From NCBI RefSeq assembly GCF_006345805.1, contig NC_043000.1, positions 81,530,001-81,594,000 on the forward strand: a DNA stretch of 64,000 nt. The letters are read 5' to 3'. This DNA is from Octopus sinensis (Eukaryota). Of the stretch, positions 14,621-27,019 are shown in pieces. The position numbers and the translations under genes are program-made. The notes below the pieces were generated by a model that was given only the letters and a program-made list of their open reading frames with translations, made no database searches and had not been told where the DNA came from. Positions within the stretch are counted from its first letter, which is position 1. The number at the start of each line of letters is the position of its first letter.

Positions 14621-14977
14621 ATTGTCATCAATAGACCCACCTCTTATCTCTTTCACTCCCTCTCCCCACCCTTTTACATAAAGCAGTTTATTGGTGACAT
14701 TGCTTCATTTGTTCTCTAATAATAACAATTGTCAATATTGTATGCACAGTCTTTTTATTTTGCATTCATTTTCTCTGACACTTTCTCACTCTTACATATA
14801 TATTAGTGTACACATATCGATATACACAAACATGCTTACATATAGAGATATAAATACTTACATTGATACATTTATCTGCCTGATCAGTTGCTCTCAAATC
14901 TAATATTATATGAATTTTAAAAGATATGCAGTCTCACAGTGAAGAAGCTGCTGATAAAACATACTCAGAATGACTAA

Positions 14978-15008
<31 letters not shown>

Positions 15009-17450
15009 CAGTCTCAAACACTGCCTTGCTATGCTAAAAGATATATATATATATGCACAAAGTTTCAACTTATTGCACTTGACAAACCACATTAATTTAT
15101 CACTTCATCATTCTCGTCTTGTTACTTTTCTCAAAAGTAGTAGCTTTGTTCACTGTTAACAAGATAGAATAACTGTGGTGGTAATGGTGGGTTTGATGAT
15201 CATTGTGTTTTTAGTAATGGTGATGGTGGAACATATATCTAAATGGATGAGAACAAGCCTAACTGGGGCATACATACATGGTAGCTTTTGTTATATACAT
15301 ATACATTTTCATAAATGTTTGTCTGAGTAGAATTCTATGCATGTGTGAAACATTGGATGAAAGTGATACATTAGAAGCAATTCAAAAGATTGTCCAAGAA
15401 GAACTTCAGAATTGTGTGACCCAACCTAGTTGCCAAGGTTATTTTAATTGTAAAAAAAGAGTTGTTGAGTCAAAAATATAGTTTATTTGGTAGATAGATA
15501 ATAAGCAGCTTTCTTTTATATTTCACACACCGTCACTCTCACAATGCAACACTTTGTAATTTTGGTTCAAATTGAAAGTGTGAAACTATTTTCATTTTGT
15601 AATGAAACCTGGTCTTATAGAGAAGTTTATTTGAAATAACTATAGCTGATTGTTTAGATAACATAGAAATTATGTGAATGAAAATAAAGTTTATTTGACA
15701 TGTGTAATTGATTTGATTGTTCTGGAAGGCAGCAAGCTGGCAGAATCGTTAGCATGCTAGGCAAAATGCTTGAGCTGTATTTCACTTGTAGTTCAAATGC
15801 CACTGGGGTCAACTTTGCCTTTCATCCTTTTGGGGGTTGGTAAATTAAGTACCCGTGAGACACTGATGTTGATGTAATCGACTGGTCTCTTTGTGCCTAT
15901 AGTAGAAAGGATTTGATTGTTCTGGTTTTAACATCAGTTGGTAAGAATAGAAGTCACTTGACGACACCCTTTTGTTTGTAATTGGCTATCCTGTTGCTGA
16001 TTCAATCTGAAGAATATTGAAATAACACCCATCTTGTCCATTCCACAGAATAAGAGTATATTGGAGAGCATCATAAGAGATATGAGTCTGTGAAACATGT
16101 TTAAGGTTGTTATCTTGAACATGAATGAGAATATTATGATTTTCAATGAGATCATCAACCATAAGGATGGCTACTTCATTAGATGTGGACTCATTAAAAC
16201 AGTGTAAAATGTTCTTTACTATAGTTTACTATAGATGTAAGGAATGCAGAAACACACACTCATAGAATTGATGATATTGAAAACAGCAAAATGTACACAT
16301 ACAAAGTTCAAGCGAAATGAAATGTAGTCAATATAGGTGCAAAACATACTTTCTGTAGCATAGTTATGCTACAAAAAAATGGAAAGTCACCAATTTAGCA
16401 AAAGTTAGTTTGCGTCACCAATGTAAGAAAGTACAGAAAGTCTACATTTATTTGGAACATGTACTAAATGTTATAAAATTTGCAATTGAATGAATGTCAT
16501 GAGAAAGAAAGTGTAAGTCCAAGAAAATTCAGAAGGCATAATTCAATTATTATACAAAAATAATTTATTTTACAATTTTGAAATGAATGCTGAACAAAGT
16601 GAATAAAAAAGAAGATGCTGTAGAATAAATACTGAGTAATGCAGTAAAATGGTTGTGCGATGTTGATACTCAAAGTGATGAAGAATACAAGGACTGTTAA
16701 AAAAAACATTACTTTGAAACTGATTAAAAGGAGTGGGATAACGTTTCTGTAATTATATTGAAAGAGCCACTGAGACTTTCTACATTGCCAAATTTCTGAA
16801 TTTGTTATAATAACCAGAATAATATTTTTTTCAGATATATTTGTGAGTATTGTGCGTAGCATTAAATCAGCCAAATCTTCATGTTGGTAGTACTTGGGAG
16901 TGAACATTGCTGTTTGTTTGAAGTCCAGGCCACAAGTAAACTTTCAATAGTGGTGCGTTTCACTGTTAGTGGGGGTAGTTACATACTTAAACTAAGACAC
17001 ACACACATACATTAATGTACACCTGAAGCCTATCTCTGTCCCTGAATGTGTCTGTCTCTGTCTTTAGATGTGTGTGTGTGTGTGTCAGTCATCACAAAAA
17101 TGTATGTATACTGACAGATACATACACCGTCACACACATATACTTGTCAGTCATTGGCCTAACATAAGTAACAAACGTGCCAACACACTCATATAGAAAA
17201 TGTGACGTCATTTTCTTTGTGGTTGTGAGATAAAATGTCATGTACTAAAAGAAAAATGATAATCTTGAATTTTTGTAATGCAAATATGTGAATGAAAATG
17301 TAGTTTAGTTAGTAGCCAAAAGCTTACTAAATCTTTTGATACTCCTTATGTCAAATCAGCAACTCAGTTTTGGAATACATAAGGAACATACGCATGCATG
17401 CACATACACACACATGCACACACACACATACAAACTCCTTTTTATAGTTA

Positions 17451-17454
17451 TATA

Positions 17455-17532
<78 letters not shown>

Positions 17533-17571
17533 GAGATGTGTAGATATAGGTATGTGTGTTTTCATATGTGA

Positions 17572-17658
<87 letters not shown>

Positions 17659-17697
17659 GAGATGTGTAGATATAGGTATGTGTGTTTTCATATGTGA

Positions 17698-17748
<51 letters not shown>
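17451..17748. repeat. Tandem duplication of an approximately 125-bp compound microsatellite unit
   Basis: (TA)n(GA)n-tagagagagatgtgtagatataggtatgtgtgttttcatatgtgag-(TG)n occurs twice with an identical spacer. Confidence 0.85.
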
Positions 17749-17751
<3 letters not shown>

Positions 17752-18625
17752 GGTGCGATGGGTAAATTGTCACCATTTTATATTTCTAATTTCATGTATG
17801 CACATGTTTGTTTTTGATTTTATGGACTATACAGTGTAGTAGGGTCATTTGGGCAGCATCTGTGAGAAAAACACCACAATGACACAATTCACTCCACTAG
17901 AAATTTGTAAACAACATGCTGTACTGCTTGGCATTCACATTGGAAGCTCCAATACAAACAGATGTGAACACACAAAACATCCGTTGCCTTTCCATGTCCC
18001 AAAAACATGTACTGAGGGTGATAAAAATCAAACATCATGGTGTTTGGAATGATCACTAGTGATAGTGACATTATGCCTCTAATCATTTATCTTCCCACAC
18101 AGCCTCAGACTCAACACATAAGCCTACATCAAGTACCTGGAAGTGGTAGTGCTGTTCTGGGTCAAGAGGATGGCTGCTGGAAGACCCTATGACTGGCAAC
18201 AGGACTCTGCACCATGCTACACAAGCAGGAGAACCCAGTCATGGCTGTCAGAGAATTTCTGCAACCACATCACCCCTAGTATCTGGTCACCTAACTCCCT
18301 AGACTGCATCCCCTTTGATTATTATGTGTGGGGCACAGTTGAGTGAGAGATCTACAAAACTCCTTGTAACACCAAAGATGAACTGAAAGCAAAGATTATG
18401 GCAGCATTCACCAACTTAAACAAGGAGACTGTCCAGCAGAGTTGCAGGAGATTCCAAAGTCGTCTGGAGACCATGGTTGAAGCTAATTGCAATTTTATTG
18501 AATAAATTTACTCTTTAGTATTTTAAGATATTTTTATATAATTTTGGTAAATATATCTGTTAAAATGAGATGTCAGTGTTATTTTCATCTTTGCATAATT
18601 TAGACAATATATTCACTGCTCCCTG
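17749..18625 (+). mobile_element. Internally deleted Tc1/mariner-superfamily (maT-like) element
   Basis: TA|CAGGG...CCCTG|TA ends with imperfect TIRs; WQQDSAPCYTS...WSPNSLDCIPFDYYVWG catalytic motifs. Confidence 0.85.
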
Positions 18626-18629
18626 TATG

Positions 18630-18661
<32 letters not shown>

Positions 18662-19689
18662 TGTATGTATGTATGTATGTATGTATGTATGTATGTATGT
18701 ATGTATTTATGTATGTATGTATGTACATATATACATATATATATATGCCACAGGACCTCTCCAAACTAGACACCAGTATTTAAGCTTTGTCAAGCCTAAT
18801 TAGATTATCTATGAAGAAAACTAAACAATACCAAAGTAAGCGATCTCCACAGACTATGAATCTACAAACACTTTCCACTTTACAAGAATAAAAAATAAAC
18901 CAGAATAATGAGACTAAGATATAAGAAATTCACAATGCATTCCTGTCATCAGCTGCCCAAATGGACATCGTTATGACTTCAACACCTGTACCATTCAATC
19001 CAGCAGTGTCTGCAGTGTTAAAAATATAAACACTTCTCAGGAATCCTCTAGCTCATTACTACAAGTAATAACAAGAGATTAAACAAATAGTGATAACTTA
19101 TAGCTAGATATTAGTGTTTACAACAAAGAACTAATTCCACAAAGAATGTACAGACAATGCAACAAACATAGACAACTAGATACTTTGTTTCTCAATCATA
19201 ATGACTTCACAAACATGATATCACACTCATAAACAAGCCTAATAACAATTAGTAGAACATTACATTTTGTAAACAATGTCCTCGAACCACATACAAGGAA
19301 AAGGACAAGATTAGATCAATATCAATGAAACAAGTTCAATGATACAAAATATATTAACCAAATAAGCTGCTTACCAAAAATAAAATAAAATAAAGGATAC
19401 ACACTCACACACACACACATATACAAATATATATATGCACACATATACACACACGCACATACACCCCCCACACACACAGAGGCACACATACAAACATATG
19501 CACCTATGATTAAAACAATAATTAAACATTTCTTTACTACAAAGAGACAAAATAACCCATTATAAATAAACAACCAATGAGTTAGTTACTTGTGAACAAA
19601 TCAAATTACACTTAATTATAGAATAAATAAATACATATAAATTTTAAATATTCAACTATATATACTTGCAGATTATAAACACTGAATAT

Positions 19690-21470
19690 TTCTAGAACAA
19701 AATTACTATTGAAATAATGCTACCTGCAGTGAAACCCTAAGGAAAGGGAGATTTATTCCAGAATTGCTAAAAATTCATTCACAACACCTCATAAAATATG
19801 GCCTAACCACATCTAAAGCTTCACTAAGCTTTAAAGATAGTTGTTTGTTTGTACATTTCCTAATACCTGCAATAAACCTACTTTTATATGGTACCTTGTG
19901 TAATTTAGGAATCAACAAAATTTTGGAATCACTCAACTTTTCTACCCTAGGAACTAATTTCCTTATTCCCACAGTAGCCTTATCTGATAATGTGCAATAT
20001 TTACTATTACTTTTAAAGCCAAAGTCACTTTCAACTCATAACTCATAACCAAATACCTTCACATAATATTTTTTACAAATAATAACAAAATTCTCTGACT
20101 CTTTATCTGTAGGTACTATAATGTATCATGCAACTCTCTAACTTCAGGCTTACTTAAAACAGATTTGCTTCCTGTCAAGCTGTGAATCCTTCTAATATAT
20201 CTCAGAGACACACTTATTTTATTCCACCATTTTTGGAATTCCTCTAGTTTAACTCTATACTTAGGACTTATCTAGACTATAAAATCGCAAATTGATCTTA
20301 AAATAACCTCCACTAATCTATGCTTACTAATCTTACATGGTTCCCTGTATTTCTATTTCATACCTTTCATCCTAATCTTTCTCAGATCCTCATTTGTAAT
20401 ATCTTAAATTTCCTGTATAAACATGCTCAACTTCATTGAAGCAGAATTCAGACTTACTGGAATCACATGTTCCAAAATAAATGCTCCTGAAATTTTTTGA
20501 ATTAACCTCCAACAAGACTTACTATAGTTAATTAATTTATCACTTTTTTCTGACTTAGTCTATAGCCAATACATATATTTACATACTTAACATCAACTGA
20601 TTAAAGGTTCTGTGTCCTCTTATTCTAAATTATAGTATTTCAACAAATATCATCAATGGAGCTACCAATGGAAGATATTATCAGCTATTCCATTTTGACT
20701 TTGTTTTCTTCTTCACCACTTTAATCAATCTATTATATAAACTATCAACTAAAAACCTAACCTATGTTAAATCCCTATCACAATTATCTAAAAGTTTCCT
20801 AATAATGGAAAGAGAACAAGCTCTCAACAAGACATAACACTTATAATACTCAATACCATCATACAATTTATTATGTTTGTCCCAAGTACCAGAAATGTCT
20901 CTTTCAGACCTGTTGCCTCTATGGCCTTTGTTATGCTTTCTCCTTCATATGGCCTTTGAAAGATGCACATCAATTGCATCCTTTCCACTCAAAACACTTT
21001 ATAAACCTAAAATTTTATCATTTAAACCTAGCTCATATACACTACACTGTTCTCTAATCCAAAAGTTTTCTCTATTTAGAAGCAGTTGCCTAAGGATATG
21101 GTCATATATGGTTTACAGTTATTAAACCTGGAGTCACCTTCCCTAAAATGTTCATAAATATACTGATCCTTCTTTGCCTTGTGTACATGCTTATGCCTAT
21201 TAAGACTTTCATGTAATGTCTGAGTCATCTTTCCCACATACTGCACACCCCATTCATCAAAACTAATTAAATATATCACTTTATTTGAATTACAGCCTAA
21301 CAACAAATTATTATCTATAATAAACTTCTTATCTGTTACATTGCAAACAAACGTTTTATTACAAACTACAACAATGTAACACACAAACAATTACGTACCA
21401 GACACTCACTAACAATGTTGTTGCACTCCATTTCACATATATAATAATTTATACTTGTTATACAATTTAT
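19690..21470 (-). mobile_element. Degraded Penelope-like retroelement with N-terminal GIY-YIG (Naiad/Chlamys-type order)
   Basis: In minus-strand order: Cys cluster SECLVRNCLC; GCNSNKVIYLISFDEWGVQYVGKMTQTLHESLNRH; LNRENFWIREQCSVYELGLND; then the RT N-terminal motifs IVPTDKESENFVIICKKYY and IPKLHKVPYKSRFIAG. Multiple stops and frameshifts. Confidence 0.8.
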
Positions 21471-21725
21471 GAAGCTTAGAGTTTCTGTACATACATATAT
21501 GTGGGTGGGTGGGTGGTAGACCAGCACGTGTACTTCTTACAGAACTGGGTATGCATAAAATATGTTACACACCACTGCTTTTTTAGGTTTTGTACGTTTA
21601 TGTAGACACTGTCTAATAGAGTGCAGAAGAGTCAGAAACCCATTTCAAGTAGTAATGAAGTAAGTCATCAGTTCAAACAAAGATAAGGATGTGTGTATAT
21701 ATATATATATATATTATATATATAT

Positions 21726-21763
<38 letters not shown>

Positions 21764-21770
<7 letters not shown>

Positions 21771-22052
21771 ATCACGTGACCGACCAGACCATCAGATGTT
21801 GTTACACATCGCTGGTCACAATGCGTTCGCATCGTTTTAGCCTTCGAATGATGCCACTGCGCTAGCTAAGCGAGCAGGCCAACAGAAGAAAGAGTGGGAG
21901 AAAGAGTGGTGAAAGAGTACAGCAGGGATCACCACCCCCTGCCGGAGCGTCGTGGGGCTTTTAGGTGTTTTCGTTCAATAAACACTCACAACGCCCAGTC
22001 TGGGAATCGAAACCACGAGTCCGCTGCCCTAACCACTAGGCCATTGCACCTC

Positions 22053-22055
<3 letters not shown>
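21764..22055 (-). mobile_element. tRNA-derived SINE family C inserted in (TA)n
   Basis: Minus strand TGGCCTAGTGG A box and GGTTTCGATTCC B box; CpG-rich; ends in tcacgtgatcacgtga. Confidence 0.75.
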
Positions 22056-22105
<50 letters not shown>

Positions 22106-22233
22106 GATAAAGTTATTTAGAGGCCTGATGATTGGGATTACATTTTAAGAAAGGTTCCTGTAAAACACTGCGTGCTTAAGGAACCGTAAAAGAACCTCAG
22201 GGGTTCAAATTATTCTCAATGAGGAAATATATA

Positions 22234-22776
22234 TTTTATTTAGAGATAGTAGTTCCCTTCATCCCACCATATAAAAGAATTTTAATTTAATTTAATACTT
22301 ACTACTCATTTCTCAGCTACATGTGTGTTTCTTCAGGTTCTTTTACGGTTCCTTAAGCACGCAGTGTTTTACAGGAACCTTTCTTAAAATGTAATCCCAA
22401 TCATCAGGCCTCTAAATAACTTTATCATAGTTCGATACTAAATACTATATTTTAATTTTAACAGATAAGTATGTGAATGTGTAAATAGGTTCGCTGGACC
22501 TTACTGTGCAAGCTGGCAAACCTATTTACACATACACATACTTATCTGTTAAAATTAAAATATAGTATTTGGTATCGAACTATGATAAAGTTATTTAGAG
22601 GCCTGATGATTGGGGTTACATTTTAAGAAAGGTTCCTGTAAAACACTGCGTGCTTAAGGAACCGTAAAAGAACCTCAAGAAACACACATGTAGCTGAGAA
22701 ATGAGTAGTAAGTATTAAATTAAATTAAAATTCTTTTATATGGTGGGATGAAGGGAACTACTATCTCTAAATAAAA
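22234..22776. repeat. Long inverted repeat (about 258-bp arms, about 27-nt spacer) with an extra partial copy at about 22103-22199
   Basis: 22234-22491 pairs with 22519-22776 with few mismatches and no net indel; flanked by (TA)n. Confidence 0.92.
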
Positions 22777-23167
22777 AATATATATATATATATGTATATA
22801 TGAAAATCAAGGTGTATTTAACAATTAAACAATCTCATCTGATGAGGTAACCCAAATTCTGCATCATCTTCAGTGAACTTCATGTAGTTTCAATTAATGC
22901 AGATGTGAGTAGCTTGTTTATTGTTAAATATGATAATATAAGATATTTATGTTTGGGACAACTGAAGCAAATTTGTAATGATTTTTCAATGTTATTTCTT
23001 ATATAAAATTCATCATTTTGCTCCATCATTTATATCTTTATATTCTCCTTATTCTTTTCTCGTGTATATCACCATATACTCTATAGGGTTTATGCTTTGA
23101 CAAACTAAGGAGCTGTTTTATGAATACTACCAGGTTACTTGAATCCATATGTCGTGACTTATATATA

Positions 23168-24064
23168 TGAGGTCTGATCAATAAGTATCCGGGCCGTTGC
23201 CATAGTAATGAAGATAAAGCATGCAGAGTGAAGCTGCTTGGCACAGATTGACCTTGAACTCTGCTGTGCATGTGCACTAAGTTTTAATATTCTAGCTCAC
23301 TTCTGTTGTTGATAGCAGTGCTTGGAAGAAAAATGTGTAGCGTATGATTGTCACATTGAATATGACAGAGAAAGTTGTCATGGCGATACTTTCTCAGAGG
23401 CCTACACAAAGTTGCAGAAAGTGTATGGAGAGGAGTGTATGAACTGCACACAAGTATACATGTGGTTCAGATGTTTCCAAGATGGCTGAAAAAATGTCAG
23501 TATTGACAAACATTCTGGGAGACCTGCAACCAGCAGAAACTGAGAAAAACATCACTGATGTGCATGCAGCTGTGAGGGGAAATCATCGAATCACCATCCG
23601 TGAGTTATCAGCGGAGGGTTATCAGAGGATGTGCAGATTAGTTATGCTTCAGTCAGTCTATTATCACTGAAGGTTTGAGTATGAGACATGTGTCTGCCAA
23701 GTTTGTGCCAAAACTGCTTTCAGCTGACTGAAAAGACACTCAGATGTCAGTTGCACAAAATCTCCTTGATTGTATTAAGAATGATGAAAACTTTTTGAAA
23801 ATTTGTGTAGGCCTCTAAGCAGATATGACCAAGCTTTTGGCAAAATTTGATGTAGATTCTCTGCTCAACTTTCTCTGTCGTGGTCAATGCAAGGATCACA
23901 TGCTACACACCTTCCTTCCAAGCACTGCTGTAAACAGCGGAAGTGAGCTAGAATATTAAAACTTAGTGCACATGTACAGCAGAATTCAAGGTCAATTTGT
24001 GCCAAGCAGCTTCACTTTAGCTTCATTACCATGGCAACAGTCCAGATGCTTATTAATCAGACCA
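23168..24064. mobile_element. Mariner-derived foldback element with inverted arms over 200 bp
   Basis: The left end ggtctgatcaataagtatcc...agaaagttg mirrors the right end; HTH remnants (VRGNHRITIRELS) on +, and EQRIYIKFCQKLG on -. Confidence 0.85.
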
Positions 24065-24406
24065 CACACACACACAAACATACTTATGTATGTATATATA
24101 TATAGTTGAGATTTATAGAAAAACAAAAGATGAAGGCAGGTGTATGAACAACAAGCAGATGTATTAGTATCACATATGCATAACATATATTCATGACATC
24201 ATATGATTCACAAAAATACATGTATATGAACTTAAAGATTTTTTGTGAACATAGACTAATTTTGCAGCAAAAGCTTGTGAAATCTTAATAAAAGATATGT
24301 ACATACTCAAACATCAACAAATTGCATGATGTATATATATAAAAATGTGGGAGTGTATGAATGTTCTTGTATAAGATAATTAAGGAATTAATTAAACTAT
24401 TCATAT

Positions 24407-24576
24407 AGGCGTAGGAGTGGCTGTGTGGTAAGTAGCTTGCTTACCAACCACATGGTTCCGGGTTCAGTCCCACTGCATGGCACCTTGGGCAAGTGTCTTC
24501 TACTATAGCCCCAGGCCGACCAAAGCCTTGTGAGTGGATTTGGTAGACGGAAACTGAAAGAAGCCTGTCGTATATA

Positions 24577-24635
<59 letters not shown>

Positions 24636-24842
24636 ATGTTTGTGTGTCTATGTTTGTCCTCCATACATCACATGACAACCGATGCTGGTGTGTTTATGTC
24701 CTCGTAACTTAGTGGTTCAGCATAAGAGACCAATAGAATAAGTACTAGGCTTACAAAGAATAAGTCCTGGGGTCGATTAGCTTGACTAAAAGCGGTGCTC
24801 CAGCATTGCCACAGTCAAATGACTGAAACAAGTAAAAGAATC
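24407..24842 (+). mobile_element. tRNA-derived SINE family A, best-preserved copy
   Basis: A box TGGCTGTGTGG, B box GGTTCAGTCC, ccttgggcaagtg body and a central (TA)n(TG)n. Other copies at about 1055-1730 (+), 3390-3630 (-), 26650-27190 (-), 28998-29150 (+), 31320-31470 (+) and 60727-61120 (+). Confidence 0.85.
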
Positions 24843-26946
24843 AGAGAGTATGGAGTTCACAAATTCTTGCAAAAATCCATGGTTGGTGCAAGGAAGACAA
24901 CAAGAAATTCTTGTAAGTTTCCTTCCTTTGATCTATGTGTTTTTTATGGAGTCCTGCATATTTTCATGTAACTTCATGTTTTCTCACCCAAAAGAGGGAC
25001 AGTTACCAGCATTCCTTAGTGGTTTGCTTAAAGATTGTGGAGATCTTTTCCCCATAAAATAACTGGTTGCCTTGTTAATCCACAAATAAAGACATTTTTA
25101 CAAGCAGCTTCATTGTCCAGCCATTGAGAGATTCCTTGTGTGAGATATCTGATGAATAAGTACCTTACTTGAAAAACAATTGTTAGTAACAGAGAGGGTA
25201 TCCAACCATACAACACTATCTCAAATACGTCTCATCCAATCCATACCAGCATGGGAAATGTGGATGCATTGATGATGATGATGATGATGATGACATATAC
25301 TCCCTGTGCATATGATACATGATACCATGTAGCTGATTTATAAACATCAATATTCACAGACTTTGACACTAATTCTATTTAACATCCCTGAAGCCATCTT
25401 GCTGGAGAATCAAGAATCCAATTCTCTTCTATTTCTACCATTTCCGTTCTGTTCTAGAAAGTTCTTCCGTTCTGTTCCACCTTTGCTTTTGTTTTTTTCT
25501 TTATTGTTTTGTTGCTCTCTCTCTCTTTCTGTTTCTCCCTCTCTTTCTCTCCCACTCTCTTGCTATTCTCTTCTGCTCCCTCTTCTCTCTCTCTTTCTTC
25601 TCCCATCCTTTCCTCTCTCTCTCTCTCTCTCTCATCCTCCTACTTTTTTCTCTTTCTCTCTCCTCTCACTCTTTCCTCTCTTTCTCTCTCACTCTCTCTA
25701 CTTCCACTCTTTTATCTTTTTCTCTCACTCTCTTTCCTCTCTTCTCCCACTCTTCCCTCTCTCTCTCTCTCTTCTCTCTCTCTCACTCTTCTCTCTCTCT
25801 CTCTCAATCCATACAGAAGCCATACAATAGCACTTGCTGTTGCTCTCACTGTAATTTGAACCCTCTTTCATAATGTTCCTTTAATTTTCTTTGTTCACTG
25901 TTGTTTGTTGTTGTTTTTGTTGTTATCACTGTTATTTATAGTCACCATTGTCAGTGCTATATTCATCATTATTGTTATTGGGATGGAAATAATATGAGGA
26001 GGAAAGGAAGGAGGAGAAGGGGGAAGATTCATAAAGGCTATCACAATGCTGAGGAGTAGGAGTAGGAGAAGCATGTTTTAATTTGTCTTACTATTAACAC
26101 CAACAGGAAGCTGTTATAACCATAATCAACATCATCATCATAATCACAAATTACCATTGTCATGATTTTCATCAGATTTATCAGCAGTAGTAGTAGCATC
26201 TCCATCATTACTACCACCATCGTATATATCATTACCATAAACATCATGTATACCATCATTGTCATCATCACCATCATTATTTCAATTGTTATTTATGATC
26301 TATAAAAACTACATGCAATGCAGAAATAGCATGAACACAATATTCAAACTGTGCGATATACACAAGAGAAAGAGTAGAGAATGTACCATATACACGAAGA
26401 CTGTACAGTGTTGGTGGTGACTGTACTGCATAGGCAGAGAGAGACTGTATTGTAGAGTTGATGGTTATGCTGCATCAACCACCAAATGTCCCTTCATTTC
26501 AACAAAGCACCAGCACATGCATACAGAGGGAACAAGCATACTAGGAAGTCCATGCGACACTGTTTCAATATTCATATCATATATAGGAAACATAGTCAAG
26601 AAGGCAAAGCTCTGCAGAAACATATCTGAGTGCTCACAAATATCTTTTGTCTTTTTTTATCTTTTACTTGTTTCAATCATTAGACTGCAGCCATGCTGGG
26701 GCAACACCTTGATGAATTTTTAGACAAATGAATCAACCCTAGTACTTATTATTTTTTTTTTAAGCCTGGTACTTTCTCTAGTGATTTCTTTTGTCAAACC
26801 ACTAAATTACAGGAAGGTAAACACACCATTGTCAAGCAATAGTGGGGGACAAACATAGACACAAAGACACTAACACTTATATATATATGTATGTATGTAT
26901 ATATATATATATATATATAATATATATATATGTGTGTGTATATATA

Positions 26947-27019
<73 letters not shown>

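Noticed and set aside
22120-22340. CUGAUGA and CUGAAGA...GAAA strings in the long inverted repeat as hammerheads
   Set aside because: No convincing stem I, II or III pairing could be built around them.
24407-24480. tRNA-like A and B boxes (also at about 21990-22055)
   Set aside because: They are heads of multi-copy SINEs that continue into SINE bodies; no intact cloverleaf.
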